Numbered from the stretch's first letter, positions 30,456 to 41,801 are shown. The stretch is DNA of 64,000 nt from Spirochaetia bacterium (GCA_965208575.1 CBDBOV010000004.1:1312001-1376000), one strand, 5' to 3'. A program made the numbers and translations. The notes: generated by a model from the sequence alone, not told the origin.

Positions 30456-32477
30456 CTAACGCGGGGCTGCCGGCGCACCGGCCGGCTGCGCGCCCTCCAG
30501 CTCCCTCAGCTTCTCGATCTCGTCGCGTAGCACTGCCGCGCGCTCATATTCCAGGTCCTTGGCCAGCTCCAGCATCTCTTTCTCCAGGGTCCGGATCAGC
30601 GCCCGGCGCTCCTTCGGCACCAGCACGTTGAAGCGCTGCTTGACCACTTCGACATCGAGCTTCTCCGCGGACGTCTTCTCCTCGCTCTTGCGCACCAGCA
30701 GATCCTGCACCGCCTTGCTGATCGTGGTCGGCGTGATGCCGTGCTCGGCATTGTACGCCAACTGGATAGCCCGGCGCCGCGCGGTCTCGGCGATCGCGTC
30801 GCGCATCGACTCCGACTCCCGGTCGGCATACATCACTACCCGTCCATTCACGTTGCGGGCGGCGCGCCCGATGATCTGGATCAGCGACGTGGTCGAACGC
30901 AGGAAGCCGATCTTGTCGGCGTCGAGGATGGCGATCAGCGACACCTCCGGCAGGTCGAGGCCCTCGCGCAGCAGGTTCACCCCCACCAGCACGTCGAATT
31001 GGCCGGCGCGCAGGTCGCGCAGAATCTCCACCCGCTCGAAGGTGTCCACCTCGGAGTGCAAAAAGCGGCAGCGCACGCCGATGTCGGCGAGGTAGTCGGA
31101 CAGGTCCTCGGCCATGCGCTTGGTCAAGGTGGTGACCAGGGTGCGTTCGCCGCGCCCGATGCGCTCGCGGATGCGCCGGTACAGGTCCTCGATCTGGCCG
31201 GCCGAATGGCACACCTCTATCTGTGGATCCAGCAAACCCGTCGGCCTGATGATCTGCTCCACCACCTGCGCCGAGGTGCGCAGTTCCTCCGCCGCGGGCG
31301 TGGCCGACACGTACACGACCCGCTCCATCAGCGCCTCGAACTCGCCGAACGTGAGCGGACGGTTGTCCAGCGCCGACGGCAGCCGAAAGCCGTGATCCAC
31401 CAGCGCCTGCTTGCGCGAGCGGTCGCCCTCGTACATGGCGCCGATCTGCGGCACGGTAACGTGCGACTCGTCGATGAATACCAGGAAGTCCTGCGGGAAG
31501 AAATCGAGCAGGACCGCCGGACGCTCGCCGGCGTGCCGGCCGCTCAGGTGGCGCGAGTAGTTCTCGACGCCGCTGCAGTAACCGATCTCGGCCAGCATCT
31601 CCAGGTCGTACTCGCAGCGGGTCATCAGCCGCTGCGCCTCCACCAGCTTGCCGTGCGCCAACAGCGCTTCGTGGCGCTCGGTCAGTTCGGCGCGAATCGC
31701 CTGCACCGCGCGTTCGACGCGCTCCTCCGGGGTTACGAAGTGCTTGGCCGGATACACCGCCGCGAACTCGAGCTCGGCCAGGGTGTCGCCGGTGAGCGGA
31801 TCGATGCGGCGCAGGCGTTCGATCTCGTCGCCGAAGAACTCGATCCGCAACCCCTCCCTGGCGTGCGGCGGCAGCAGCTCCAGCACCTCGCCGCGGCTGC
31901 GGAACCCGGCCCGCATCAGCACTGCGTCGTTGCGTGAATACTGCAGGGACACCAGCCGGCGCATCAGGCGGCGCGGCTCTATCTCCATGCCGAGCTGCAA
32001 TTCGACCCGCATGTCGCGGTAGTCCTCGGGGCTGCCGAGGCCGTAGATGCACGACACCGTCGCCACCACCACCACGTCGCGGCGCTCCATCAGGGCCGTG
32101 GTCGCCCCCAGCCGCAGGCGTTCGATCTCTTCGTTGATGGAGGCGTCCTTCTCGATGTAGAGGTCGCGGCTCGCCACGTACGCCTCCGGCTGGTAGTAGT
32201 CGTAGTAGGAGACGAAGTACTCGACCGCGTTGTGCGGCAGAAAGTCCTTGAACTCCCGGTACAGTTGCGCCGCGAGGGTCTTGTTGTGCGACATGACCAG
32301 CGCCGGCACCTGCGCCGCCTCGATGATCTTGGCCATCGAGAACGTCTTGCCGGAGCCGGTTACCCCCTTCAGGGTCTGGTAGCGATGGCCGGACGCCAGC
32401 CCCTTGCTCAGGGCGGCGATCGCCGGTCCCTGGTCGCCGGCCGGACTGAAATCGGAAACAACCTCGAATGCTGGCAT
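30456..32477 (-). CDS. uvrB: Excinuclease ABC subunit B
   Basis: [33 protein letters not shown]-terminal UVR domain. Confidence 0.98.
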   Translation of the reverse strand: MPAFEVVSDFSPAGDQGPAIAALSKGLASGHRYQTLKGVTGSGKTFSMAKIIEAAQVPALVMSHNKTLAAQLYREFKDFLPHNAVEYFVSYYDYYQPEAYVASRDLYIEKDASINEEIERLRLGATTALMERRDVVVVATVSCIYGLGSPEDYRDMRVELQLGMEIEPRRLMRRLVSLQYSRNDAVLMRAGFRSRGEVLELLPPHAREGLRIEFFGDEIERLRRIDPLTGDTLAELEFAAVYPAKHFVTPEERVERAVQAIRAELTERHEALLAHGKLVEAQRLMTRCEYDLEMLAEIGYCSGVENYSRHLSGRHAGERPAVLLDFFPQDFLVFIDESHVTVPQIGAMYEGDRSRKQALVDHGFRLPSALDNRPLTFGEFEALMERVVYVSATPAAEELRTSAQVVEQIIRPTGLLDPQIEVCHSAGQIEDLYRRIRERIGRGERTLVTTLTKRMAEDLSDYLADIGVRCRFLHSEVDTFERVEILRDLRAGQFDVLVGVNLLREGLDLPEVSLIAILDADKIGFLRSTTSLIQIIGRAARNVNGRVVMYADRESESMRDAIAETARRRAIQLAYNAEHGITPTTISKAVQDLLVRKSEEKTSAEKLDVEVVKQRFNVLVPKERRALIRTLEKEMLELAKDLEYERAAVLRDEIEKLRELEGAQPAGAPAAPR

Positions 32478-32484
32478 GCCGTCC

Positions 32485-33714
32485 TTAAGAGAAGTACTCC
32501 TGAACGTGCCGCGCGCGGCGGCTCAACACGACGGTGGTGGCGCGACGCCGCGCGCCGCGCTGGTATACCACCTCGACGCGGTCGCCCGGCTTGTTGTCCT
32601 CGAGCGCATTGAACAGATCGGCGATGGTGTCGGTGGCGGTGCCGTCCACGGCAACGATGATGTCGCCGCCGACGCGGAATACCGAGCGCCCCCAGCGTAC
32701 CGGCTGGTCGCCGCCGCGCAGGCCGGCGGCCGCCGCATTGCCGCCGGCGATTGCCTCGGACACGAGAATGCCGCGCTCCACCGGCAGGTTCAACTGGCGG
32801 ACCAGGCGCGGGAACAACTGCACCGGCCGCACGTCGATCCAGCCGCGCCGTACCTCGCCATGTCGAATCAGCTCCGGGAGCACGCGCCGCGCGGTGTCGA
32901 TCGGCACCGCGAAACCGATCCCGACCGAGCCGCCGGACGGCGAGATGATGGTGGTGGTGATGCCGATCATCTCGCCCCGCGAGTTGAGCAGCGGGCCGCC
33001 CGAGTTGCCGGGATTCACCGATGCGTCGGTCTGGATCATCTCCTGGATGATCGCACCGCTGTCGGCTCGCACCGGCCGGCCGAGCCCCGACACCACGCCG
33101 GTGGTCAGGGTACGGCTGAGGGCGAACGGATTGCCGATCGCCAGCACCTTCTGGCCCACCAGCAGATCGGCCGAGCGGCCGAACGGGATCACCGTGAGAT
33201 GCAGCCCGCGCGGATCGAGCTTGATCACGGCAAGGTCGTTTTCCGGGTCGACGCCGATCACCCTGCCCTCGCGCTCCTCGCCGCCGGCCAGGGTCACGCT
33301 CACCTCGCGGGCGCCGCCCACCACGTGGTAGTTGGTCAGAATGTGACCCTCCCGGTCGATCACCGTGCCGGACCCGGCGCCCGACCCGTACCGCGGCACC
33401 GCGTTCAGGAACCAGTGATGCTCCGGCATCAGGGCGGAGACGTTGACCACCCCCTCGTTGTACCTCTGGTATATCTCGATGTTGTTGGCTTCGTCGTTCG
33501 AATGGCCGGCGGCGGCTGAGCGGAACTGTACCGGCAGGACCGGCGCCGGCGCCGGGCGAGCGGCCACCGCCGCAACCACCGGGGAGGCGCCCGCGGCGCG
33601 CGCTTCGGCGAGCGCCGTGCCAAGCAGGAACCCGATGCCGGCGCCGGTTACGGCGGCGATGCCCACGCTCACCACAAGGTGCCGGCCACGGTGCGATCCC
33701 ATTCCGCGCACCAA
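32485..33714 (-). CDS. HtrA/DegP-like serine protease with PDZ domain
   Basis: [22 protein letters not shown]. Confidence 0.92.
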   Translation of the reverse strand: MVRGMGSHRGRHLVVSVGIAAVTGAGIGFLLGTALAEARAAGASPVVAAVAARPAPAPVLPVQFRSAAAGHSNDEANNIEIYQRYNEGVVNVSALMPEHHWFLNAVPRYGSGAGSGTVIDREGHILTNYHVVGGAREVSVTLAGGEEREGRVIGVDPENDLAVIKLDPRGLHLTVIPFGRSADLLVGQKVLAIGNPFALSRTLTTGVVSGLGRPVRADSGAIIQEMIQTDASVNPGNSGGPLLNSRGEMIGITTTIISPSGGSVGIGFAVPIDTARRVLPELIRHGEVRRGWIDVRPVQLFPRLVRQLNLPVERGILVSEAIAGGNAAAAGLRGGDQPVRWGRSVFRVGGDIIVAVDGTATDTIADLFNALEDNKPGDRVEVVYQRGARRRATTVVLSRRARHVQEYFS

Positions 33715-33830
33715 TGTACCACGACACGGGGCATTCGGGGGCGTTCGGATTATCGGGGCCGGCCGCGGCGCGCGCGGTCAGCCGGCGCCGGGCCCCCGCG
33801 GCGGTGGGGGACCGGCGCCGGTATGCCGGC

Positions 33831-35393
33831 TCAGTCGTAGTGCCAGTAGATGTCGACGTCGCCGTAGCGGCGGTATTGCAGCGCCTCGTGGACGTGCGCC
33901 ACCGCGATCCGGTCGCAGCCGTCCAGGTCGGCGACGGTGCGGGACAGCTTGATCACCGAGTGCAGCGCGCGGGACGAGAGCCGCGCGTGACGCATGCCGC
34001 GTTCCAGAGTGCGGAGTTCGGCCTCCCCGAGTTCGCAGTAGCGCTGTACCTCGCGCGGCGGCAGGCGCGCGTTCAGCCGCCACGGACAGCCGCGGTAGCG
34101 CTGCTGCTGGCGGACGCGGGCGTCGCGGACCGCCAGCAGGTAGTGGTCAGGGTGTTCGCCGCCGCGGCCGAGCAGCTCCGCCGGCGGCGCATCGCTCACC
34201 GGGACGCGAATGTCGATGCGGTCGAGCAACGCGCCGCCGAGCCGCTTCCAGTAGTGCTTGACCTCGGTGGTGGAGCAGATGCAGGCGGCGTGACGGCGGC
34301 CCAGGTTGCCGCACGGGCACGGGTTGGCCGTCATCACCAACTGGAAGGAGGAGGGGAAGTTCGCGGTCCGGCCGGCGCGCACCACGTTGACGAACCCGGT
34401 CTCCAGCGGTTCGCGCAGGCATTGCAGAAGCGGGCGCGAGAACTCCGGTCCCTCGTCGAGCATCAGTACGCCGTGGTGGGCCAGCGACACCTCGCCGGGG
34501 CGCAGCAGGCGTCCGCCGCCGACCATTCCCTCCGGCGACGCGCTGTGATGCGGCGCGCGGAACGGCGGCCAGCGCAGCAGGCCGGCATCCACGGGCAAGC
34601 TGCCGGCCACCGAGTGAATCTGCGTCACCGCCAGCGCCTCGCGCCGCGGCAGCGGGGGCAACAGGCCGGCCAGCCGGTGCCCGGCCATGGTCTTGCCGCT
34701 GCCGGGCGGGCCGAACACCAGCAGGTGATGGCCACCGGCGGCCGTCACCGCCAGCGCACGCTTCAGGACGCTGTGGCCGCGGATGTCGGTGATCTCGCCC
34801 AACTCCCGGCGCCACGGCGACGGCCCTTCGGCGGCGCCGTGGCGCGCGCCTGCGCCGGCACCGGGCCGCGCCGCCGCGGGGGCAACCGCCTGGGCCATGG
34901 CGGCGACGGCATCGGTGAGGTTGTCCACGCCCATCACGGTGCCGACGCCGAGCGCCTCCGCTTCCCGCCGGTTGCCGGACGGCACCAGGAACCAGGAGTG
35001 GCCGGCCTCCGCGCCGGCCGTCACCGCGGTCAGGATGCCACTCACCGGATGCACCGCGCCGGCCAGGTTGAGCTCGCCGCATGCCACCACCGGCACCCGC
35101 GGCGCGGGCACCTGGCCGGAGGCGACCAGAATGGCCAGCGCCAGCGGCAGATCGTAGGCGGCACCGACCTTGCGCACGCCGGCCGGCGACAGGTTGACCA
35201 GCACCCGGTCGCGTGGGAACTGAAAACCGCTGTTGCGAATCGCCACCCGCACCCGCTCGCGCGACTCCCGTACCGCATCATCGGGCAGACCGACGATGTC
35301 GACGCCGGGAATGCCGCGGCGCAGGTCGACCTCCACCGCTACCAGATCACCATCCACGCCGAATGGGGCGTGGCCAAAAACCAATGCACGCAA
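33831..35393 (-). CDS. comM: YifB/ComM Mg-chelatase-like AAA+ ATPase
   Basis: ESRERVR, NLSPA, GPPGSGKT, FRAPHH, LAHHGVL, NPCPCG. Confidence 0.92.
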   Translation of the reverse strand: MRALVFGHAPFGVDGDLVAVEVDLRRGIPGVDIVGLPDDAVRESRERVRVAIRNSGFQFPRDRVLVNLSPAGVRKVGAAYDLPLALAILVASGQVPAPRVPVVACGELNLAGAVHPVSGILTAVTAGAEAGHSWFLVPSGNRREAEALGVGTVMGVDNLTDAVAAMAQAVAPAAARPGAGAGARHGAAEGPSPWRRELGEITDIRGHSVLKRALAVTAAGGHHLLVFGPPGSGKTMAGHRLAGLLPPLPRREALAVTQIHSVAGSLPVDAGLLRWPPFRAPHHSASPEGMVGGGRLLRPGEVSLAHHGVLMLDEGPEFSRPLLQCLREPLETGFVNVVRAGRTANFPSSFQLVMTANPCPCGNLGRRHAACICSTTEVKHYWKRLGGALLDRIDIRVPVSDAPPAELLGRGGEHPDHYLLAVRDARVRQQQRYRGCPWRLNARLPPREVQRYCELGEAELRTLERGMRHARLSSRALHSVIKLSRTVADLDGCDRIAVAHVHEALQYRRYGDVDIYWHYD

Positions 35394-35474
35394 ATGCTGC
35401 CTCCCGCCCTGAACAACGGGAAACTATTCGGTACCGCTTCAGAACCGCGTGCGAGCCGCCGCGGCGAAGGGGCA

Positions 35475-35939
35475 CTAGCTCCGGCCGGCGGTGTCCCGGT
35501 CGGCTGCAATGGCAGCCTGTACGAGGGCATGACAGCGCTCGTTGCGCGGGTCGCCGGCGTGCCCGCGAACCCAGCGGAACTGCGCCCCCGTGTCCGCCGC
35601 CACCTGGTCGAGCATCCGCCACAGCCTGGCGTTCTTTACCGGCTGCTTGGCAGCGGTGAGCCAGCCGTTCGCCCGCCAACGGCGTATCCACGAAGTAATG
35701 CCCTGCTGCACGTAGGTGGAGTCGGTGAACACCACCACCTCCGCCGCGGCCGCCTCCGGCTGGTCGCGCGCGGCGCGCAACGCCTGGATCACGGCGATCA
35801 GTTCCATGCGGTTGTTGGTGGTGGCGGCGGCCGCACCGGAGTCTTCGAGCACGCGCCCCGGCGGCAGCGTGAGGTGGAACGCCCAGCCGCCGGGGCCGGG
35901 GTTGCCGAGACAGCCGCCGTCGGTAAACGCTTCGATCAC
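35475..35939 (-). CDS. rnhA: Ribonuclease HI (alternative start at 36029 would include the repeat)
   Basis: FTDGGCLGNPGPGGW, TTNNRMEL, TDS, WVRGHAG..NE. Confidence 0.95.
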   Translation of the reverse strand: MIEAFTDGGCLGNPGPGGWAFHLTLPPGRVLEDSGAAAATTNNRMELIAVIQALRAARDQPEAAAAEVVVFTDSTYVQQGITSWIRRWRANGWLTAAKQPVKNARLWRMLDQVAADTGAQFRWVRGHAGDPRNERCHALVQAAIAADRDTAGRS

Positions 35940-35960
35940 CGGTCGCCGCCGCGGCCGTTC

Positions 35961-36020
35961 CTGACTGTCGGTCGTCTGACTGTCGGTCGTCTGACTGTCG
36001 GTCGTCTGAGTGTTGGTCGT
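35961..36020. repeat. 15-bp tandem repeat x4 upstream of, or in frame with, rnhA
   Basis: CTGACTGTCGGTCGT x3 plus CTGAGTGTTGGTCGT. Confidence 0.9.
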
Positions 36021-36186
36021 ACTGTGCATCGTGCGATGCGCGATCTTACTACGTTCCGGCGGGCGGCGGCCGGCGGGCGGCGCCGATCGCCTGATTGCGC
36101 CCGGGCGTCGACGCGGCCAGCCGGATTCCTTATACTGTGGAAGGTCAGCACGCCGCGCGGGGCCGCCGCCGGCAGGCTGGTATTCC

Positions 36187-36260
36187 GGCGGTGTAGCTCA
36201 GTCGGTCAGAGCAAGCGGCTCATATCCGCTGTGTCAGGGGTTCGAGTCCCTTCACCGCTA
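36187..36260 (+). tRNA. tRNA-Met (CAT), elongator type
   Basis: GGCGGTG/CACCGCT acceptor stem, AGCGG-CTCATAT-CCGCT anticodon arm, GTTCGAGTC T-loop. Confidence 0.92.
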
Positions 36261-36458
36261 GTCGGCGCCGGTCGGCGCAAGGTCGCCCGGCAGCCGCAAT
36301 CAGAATCAACAAGCCCGTTGCATGACAGCCGCCCCCGTCCTCCACCGTGGGGCTCCAGCGCCAGAGGAGCCCTCCGGCAGAGGGCCCACCCCACGCAACA
36401 CCGCGTCCAGCCCGAACACGAAGTCCCGGCCGCCCCACCAAGAACGGCCGCCCCACCC

Positions 36459-36490
36459 AAAAAAGGCCGCCCCACATGGGCGGCCCTTTT
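36459..36490. terminator. Bidirectional terminator between the convergent tRNAs
   Basis: A6-GGCCGCCC-CACAT-GGGCGGCC-CTTTT. Confidence 0.8.
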
Positions 36491-36511
36491 CGCGCAACGG
36501 CGTTGAATGGA

Positions 36512-36584
36512 TAGCAGGGGCAGGATTCGAACCTGCGACCTCCGGGTTATGAGCCCGACGAGCTGCCAACTGCTCTACCCTGCG
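36512..36584 (-). tRNA. Initiator tRNA-fMet (CAT)
   Basis: CGCAGGG...CCCTGCT-A with C1:U72 mismatch; three G:C pairs in the anticodon stem (GGG-CTCATAA-CCC). Confidence 0.95.
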
Positions 36585-36710
36585 TCGTCAGACCGTTAAG
36601 ATAGCAGCTATCGCTCCGCCCGTCAACCGCAAAAACCACCGCGGCGTACCCCTCCCTGGGTCGCCGCACGGAGCCGTTGGCGGATGCCGGTTGGGCCTTT
36701 GGGAGTGGTC

Positions 36711-36920
36711 CTAGTACTTCTTCAGCGCGGTGAGCTTGCGCTGTTTCTTCAGCCGCTTGCGCTCAAGGGCCTTGCGCTTCTTGTTGCGCACCGTCGAGGG
36801 CTTCTCGAAATACTCGCGCCGCTTCCACTCGCGAACGATGCCCTCCTTCTCCACCATGCGTTTGAAGCGCTTCAGCGCTTTCTCAAGCAGTTCGTCCTCG
36901 CCGACGGTTACATGTGCGAT
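36711..36920 (-). CDS. rpsU: 30S ribosomal protein S21 (apparent ATC start)
   Basis: [10 protein letters not shown]...REYFEKPS; AGGAGG 9 nt upstream of the ATC. Confidence 0.92.
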   Translation of the reverse strand: MAHVTVGEDELLEKALKRFKRMVEKEGIVREWKRREYFEKPSTVRNKKRKALERKRLKKQRKLTALKKY

Positions 36921-36972
36921 GGGTGCAATCCTCCTTTCGGACCAACGGCCGGTTTTCGCGGCCGCGGGTCCA

Positions 36973-38118
36973 TCAGGGAAATAAAGTACCCAAATCGTCC
37001 GGTATGTCAACCAACGGCGTGGTAACCAGCACATCCGGGTCGACCGCGACCCCGGCGGCACGCACCTCCCAGTGCAGGTGCGGTCCGGTAGCCAGCCCCG
37101 TGCTGCCGATCGCGCCGAGCGCGGTGCCGGGCGCGACCCGCTCGCCGAGGGCCACGTTGAGCCGCGACAGGTGGTAGTACAGCGAGTACACCGCCGGCAG
37201 ATGCTCGATCACCACGGTAAGACCCGTGATAATGCGGAACCTGGCCATCACCACCGTGCCCGCGCCCGCTGCCACCACCACGGTGCCCTCCGGCGCCGCC
37301 AGGTCGACGCCGTTGTGTATGGACCGATCGGTGCGGCCGTCGTCATAGCGGTACAGCCGCCGGTCGCCGAACCCGGCGCTGCGGCGGGCGCCCACCACCG
37401 GGTACCGCAACCTGCCCGTGTGGCCACCGTCGACCCGCCGCCAGGTACCGAGCAGGTTCCACAGTTCACGCGCCTGCTCGACGCGCTCGGGGTCTTCGCG
37501 GCGGCGCAGCTCGCCGAGCCCCGTGCGCAGGGGGATTTCCTCTTCGGCGAAGCGGCGGGTACCCACGAACAGGGGTTCGACGGCCTGCAGCACCGGCACT
37601 TCCGCCGCCACCGACTCGGGGCCGCCCATGCCGGTTACCAGCAGTTGGCCGATTCCCGGCTCCGCGGTACTGGGGATGCCGAGCACCGCGACCCACAGAC
37701 GGTCGGACCGCTCGCCCGCGGCGCCCCTGCCGGCGGCGAAGGCTCGGGCGGAGACCAGGGTCCCCGCGGCCGTGCGCACGCTTACCCGCACGCCGGACAG
37801 CGGCTGCGCGGTGGCCAGGTATACACGCAGCGGTGCACCCGGAACGACCTCGCGCGGGGTGCTCAGCAGCGGCGCCGGTGGCGGCGCACCCGCCGGCGTG
37901 CGTACCAGCAGCCCGGCAATCAGCGCCAGCCGGCCGTCCTCGAACCGGTGGCGGGTACCGACGCGCTGCCACGCGGACCAGCCCCGCTCCACGAACGGCG
38001 CGCCGTCGGGGCCGATCACCGGCTCCAGCGCCGCCGGTTCCGCGGCCGCGGGCAGGCCGGTCAGGCAGGCCCACGCCGCGGCGACGGCAGGCAGGGTGCG
38101 CAGGAGTCGCCGGATCAC
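36973..38118 (-). CDS. M23-family metallopeptidase
   Basis: [22 protein letters not shown]; signal peptide; GTGA overlap with recJ. Confidence 0.9.
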   Translation of the reverse strand: MIRRLLRTLPAVAAAWACLTGLPAAAEPAALEPVIGPDGAPFVERGWSAWQRVGTRHRFEDGRLALIAGLLVRTPAGAPPPAPLLSTPREVVPGAPLRVYLATAQPLSGVRVSVRTAAGTLVSARAFAAGRGAAGERSDRLWVAVLGIPSTAEPGIGQLLVTGMGGPESVAAEVPVLQAVEPLFVGTRRFAEEEIPLRTGLGELRRREDPERVEQARELWNLLGTWRRVDGGHTGRLRYPVVGARRSAGFGDRRLYRYDDGRTDRSIHNGVDLAAPEGTVVVAAGAGTVVMARFRIITGLTVVIEHLPAVYSLYYHLSRLNVALGERVAPGTALGAIGSTGLATGPHLHWEVRAAGVAVDPDVLVTTPLVDIPDDLGTLFP

Positions 38119-40223
38119 CGCTCCAGGTCGAGAATGGTCAGTTGCAGGGTCTCGACCTGCGCGAAGTGGGAGCGGGTGACGCGGAACACGATGGTGACCC
38201 GGTCGCCCGCCGCGAACTCGGTACCGGCCTTGTCGGCCGCGTTCCAGTACAGCGCCGGCCAGCGATAGCCGCCCGCGTCGAGCAGCAGCTTGGCGTGCGC
38301 CGGCTGCCCCTTGCCCACCAGGTCCACCTGCAGAATCTCCACGTCGCGCATCAGGAACGCCAGCGGCGGATGGCCCGCGCCGTAGGGGGCAAACAGATCC
38401 GCCGTCTGCCACACCTCCGGGGTCAGAAAGTCGGGCGGGATCTCGGCGTCCACCGCACGCGCGGCCGCGGCCGGGGCGGCCACCGCATCCAGGGTCTCGG
38501 CCAACTGCTCCAGGCGCGCGGCCAGGCTTGCCAGCTCGGAAGACGCCAGGTTGAACCCTCCCGCCATGGCATGGCCGCCCCAGCGCAGCAGCAGATCATC
38601 CACGGGACCGAGAATGTCCGCCACCGGCAAGCCCGGCAGGGTGCGTACCGATCCGCTCGCCTCCTCGCCGCGGTCGGCGACCACGACGGCCGGCGTGTGG
38701 AACGCCTCCATGAGCCGCGCCGCCAGCATGCCGGTGATGCCGCGCGGCACCTCCGGATCGATCACCCACAGCAGCTTGCCTCCGGAGCGCTCGTAACTGC
38801 GGCGGGCACCCGCCTGCACGCGCGTCCAGGCCTGGTCCGCCACGCCGCGGCGCTGCTTGTTGAGTTCCAGCAGCCGCTGCGCGAGCGCGCTTGCTTCCTC
38901 CTGTTCGCGGGTCAGCAGCATGCGCACGGCGGTCGGTGCCTCGCCCATGCGGCCCGCCGAGTTGACCACCGGCGACAGGTGGAACGACACGTCGATGGTG
39001 GACAGTTGCTTGCCGTACAGATTCACGCGGCCGAGCAACTCACGCAGACCGATCCGCTCGGTGGCGGCCAGGGCGCGCAGCCCGCGCTTGACCAGGATGC
39101 GATTCTCGTCGCGCAGCGGCATCAGGTCGGCGATGGTCGAAAGCGCGACCAGGTCCAGCGTCGCGTTGCCCTCCTCCATCAATTCCGGATAGCGCCGCAA
39201 CGCGATCACGGTGAACAGCTCGGTGAGTACGTCCAGCTCGGTCAGCGACTGGTCGCTGTAGCGAGCCCGCTTGCTGCGCTCGCGGAGCTGCAGCAGCGAC
39301 TGTCCGGCGGTGCGCGGATACATCTCCGTCACCTCCGATGCCAGGTCGTGCGGTTCCAGGTCCACGGGTCCGCAGGCACGCGCGATCAGGCTGCGCACCA
39401 GGTCCCGGTCGTATACCAGGATCTCGCAGCCGTCGGCAAACCGCGCGAGGCGCTCCGCGACGGCCAGGCCGGCGCCCGGATTGACCGTTTCGAAAAGCTT
39501 GCCGGCGGGCACCAGGTTGGTCAGCCGGACCGCCTCGATCACAATGCTGTCCTGCAGCGGCCGCGCATTGAGCAGACAGACCGTCTCGCCGAACAGACCG
39601 GTGCGCGCAAAGCGCAGCGCCCACGCCAGTTTCCACACCACGCCGCAGGCGGACAGATCGACGAACGGGTAGGCGGAACCGGACAGCTTGGGATCCACCA
39701 CCAGCGCATCGGGCACCTCCTCCGACGGTTCGTGATGATCGACCACGACCACGTCGATCCCGCGCTGCCGGGCGGCGGCGATCTCGGTGCAGGCGGTTAC
39801 TCCGCAGTCGACGGTGATCAGCAGGCGCACGCCGGCTGCTTCCAGGTCATCGACCAGCGCGCCGGTGATCCCGTACGGCTCATCGCCCTCCGGCAGCCGC
39901 CAGCTCACCGTAGCGCCCATCTCCTGCAAGGTGTCCACCATCAACGCCGTCGAAGTGACGCCATCCACGTCGCGGTCGCCGAACACCAGGATCGGCTCGT
40001 CCCCGGCCACCGCGTCGATGATGCGCTGCACGGCGGCCGCCATGCCGGGCAGGGCGAACGGGTTGTGGAGGTAGCGAGCATCCTCCTCCAGGAGGTACAG
40101 CACCGAGCGGGCGTCGCCGAGTCCGCGGCGCGCCACGATCGCGCTTGCCAGCAGGTTCAGACGATAGCGGCGCGCGATGCGGCGCACCTCGGATGAGTCT
40201 ACGGCGGTCTTGGACCAGTCCAT
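38115..40223 (-). CDS. recJ: ssDNA-specific exonuclease RecJ
   Basis: GDRDVDG, TVDCG, DHH, NSAGR, GGHAMAGG. Confidence 0.95.
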   Translation of the reverse strand: MDWSKTAVDSSEVRRIARRYRLNLLASAIVARRGLGDARSVLYLLEEDARYLHNPFALPGMAAAVQRIIDAVAGDEPILVFGDRDVDGVTSTALMVDTLQEMGATVSWRLPEGDEPYGITGALVDDLEAAGVRLLITVDCGVTACTEIAAARQRGIDVVVVDHHEPSEEVPDALVVDPKLSGSAYPFVDLSACGVVWKLAWALRFARTGLFGETVCLLNARPLQDSIVIEAVRLTNLVPAGKLFETVNPGAGLAVAERLARFADGCEILVYDRDLVRSLIARACGPVDLEPHDLASEVTEMYPRTAGQSLLQLRERSKRARYSDQSLTELDVLTELFTVIALRRYPELMEEGNATLDLVALSTIADLMPLRDENRILVKRGLRALAATERIGLRELLGRVNLYGKQLSTIDVSFHLSPVVNSAGRMGEAPTAVRMLLTREQEEASALAQRLLELNKQRRGVADQAWTRVQAGARRSYERSGGKLLWVIDPEVPRGITGMLAARLMEAFHTPAVVVADRGEEASGSVRTLPGLPVADILGPVDDLLLRWGGHAMAGGFNLASSELASLAARLEQLAETLDAVAAPAAAARAVDAEIPPDFLTPEVWQTADLFAPYGAGHPPLAFLMRDVEILQVDLVGKGQPAHAKLLLDAGGYRWPALYWNAADKAGTEFAAGDRVTIVFRVTRSHFAQVETLQLTILDLER

Positions 40224-40235
40224 GGCGAACGGCTG

Positions 40236-40934
40236 CTACCGGGCCGCCGCGCGCCGGCTGGTCAGCGCCACGTAGCGGGCACCGGCGCGGTGCAGGTGCG
40301 ACTCGAACAGCACCAGTTGATCGAGAACGAACCGGGCCGGCACGGCGCCATGCCCGCGTGGGCGCCGCAGGTCGACGCTGAGGCGAGTATCGCCGTCCGA
40401 CGCGGCGGTGCCGGTGCCGGCCAGGGCCGCCCGGTCGGGCAGCCGCCAGTGGCGGCCGTGCCGCACGCGCGCCACGGTGACGTGCGGCAGCGGGCGGCGC
40501 GCCGGTACCACGAACCCCGCGGCGCCGATACGGTTGCGCGCCGCGGCGAGAAATGCCGCCAAGGCATCGTGTCCCTCGCCGAATACCGCGCACACCACCC
40601 GCGCCGCGCCCCGCGGAGGCAATTGCGCGAGCCCGGCCAGGGCGCAGGGCAGCGCCGCCGGGAGCGCCGCCGCCACCTGCCCGCACAGCGTGTGCGCGCG
40701 GCTCAGATCGTCTGCTGCGAGGGGGCCGAAGAAGTGCACGGTAGCATGGTAACCCACCGGGGCGACCAGGCGCAGGTGGGCTGCATGGGCGGCGAGTGCG
40801 GACTGTGCCAAGGCGGCCAGTTCGCGGCGCGCCGCCGCCGGCAGCGGCAGCGCCAGGAACACGCGCCGGGCTCCGGCCGGCGCGCGCCTCCCGCTCACGG
40901 CCCCGCCGCCGGACCCGCCGCCGGGGCCGCTCAC
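40236..40934 (-). CDS. thpR: RNA 2',3'-cyclic phosphodiesterase (2H family)
   Basis: RVFLAL, HATV and PHVTVAR 2H motifs. Confidence 0.85.
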   Translation of the reverse strand: MSGPGGGSGGGAVSGRRAPAGARRVFLALPLPAAARRELAALAQSALAAHAAHLRLVAPVGYHATVHFFGPLAADDLSRAHTLCGQVAAALPAALPCALAGLAQLPPRGAARVVCAVFGEGHDALAAFLAAARNRIGAAGFVVPARRPLPHVTVARVRHGRHWRLPDRAALAGTGTAASDGDTRLSVDLRRPRGHGAVPARFVLDQLVLFESHLHRAGARYVALTSRRAAAR

Positions 40935-41713
40935 AGGATCCCGGCCGCGCAACGCAACGAATTCAGCGGACGCTCCAGGCCGTGCTCGACCAACTGCTGC
41001 AACGCCCGGCGTACCTGCTCGGCTCCCGTGAACGAGTACGCGCCGGCGGCTGCCAGCGGCAGGCCGCCGGTAGCAAGCAGATAGCGCCGCGCCGCCGCGT
41101 CCATGCGCAACCCGGCCGCGGGCAGGTCCCGGACGCTGCGCGCCGCGGCGCAGTGCCGGCACCAGCTTCCGCCGTGCGCCGCGAGGCGCAGATCCTCGTG
41201 CGCCGCGAGGGTACGGCCGCACGAATCGCACGCCTCCAGGTCGGGCATGATGCCCAGGTGCTGCAGCGCGCGCCACAACACCTGCGCCGACAACGGCCCC
41301 ACCTCGCCGGCCACGGCGGCGTCCAGCCGCTGCAGCGCCTCCACCAGCAGCGCGTACAGGTCGCCGGCGTGGGTGCCGCCGCCGTGGCTGCGCAGGACGA
41401 TCTCCACCCACAGCGAAGCGGTAAAGAACTTGCGCAGGTCGGCCCGGATCGACGGGTGCAGGCTGCGCGCCTCCACGTCCGTGACCTTGAACGCGCGGCG
41501 TACCGGGTCGTGATAAAGATAGGCGGTGACGAGGGCAAACGGGATCGCCGCCGGCTTCAGCCTGCTCACCGCTTTGCCGGCGCCGTGGGCGGTCGCGTAC
41601 ACGATCCCGCGCTCGCCGGTGAACAAGGTGACGCGGCGGTGAATCTCCCCCATGCGTGCCGCCTGCAGCACCACTGCCGACTCGATCGAGTTGCGACGCC
41701 GATCTGACGGCAT
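40931..41713 (-). CDS. recO: DNA repair protein RecO
   Basis: OB-fold N-terminus (TLFTGERG...AHGA), CxxC...CxxC; promoter TTGATG-17-TAAGCT 7 nt before the ATG. Confidence 0.85.
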   Translation of the reverse strand: MPSDRRRNSIESAVVLQAARMGEIHRRVTLFTGERGIVYATAHGAGKAVSRLKPAAIPFALVTAYLYHDPVRRAFKVTDVEARSLHPSIRADLRKFFTASLWVEIVLRSHGGGTHAGDLYALLVEALQRLDAAVAGEVGPLSAQVLWRALQHLGIMPDLEACDSCGRTLAAHEDLRLAAHGGSWCRHCAAARSVRDLPAAGLRMDAAARRYLLATGGLPLAAAGAYSFTGAEQVRRALQQLVEHGLERPLNSLRCAAGIL

Positions 41714-41801
41714 GCGGGGCAGCTTACCGCCGTCCGGCGAACGCATCAACCCCGCGCCGCAAACTTGACTCGACGCGGCGCCGGCAACTAAGTTCAATGC
41801 G

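Noticed and set aside
33714-36506. Long opposite-strand ORFs (e.g. 930 aa here, 11404..14124, 41724..44213, 59690..62863)
   Set aside because: Shadow ORFs of real genes caused by high GC and codon bias; no recognisable motifs.
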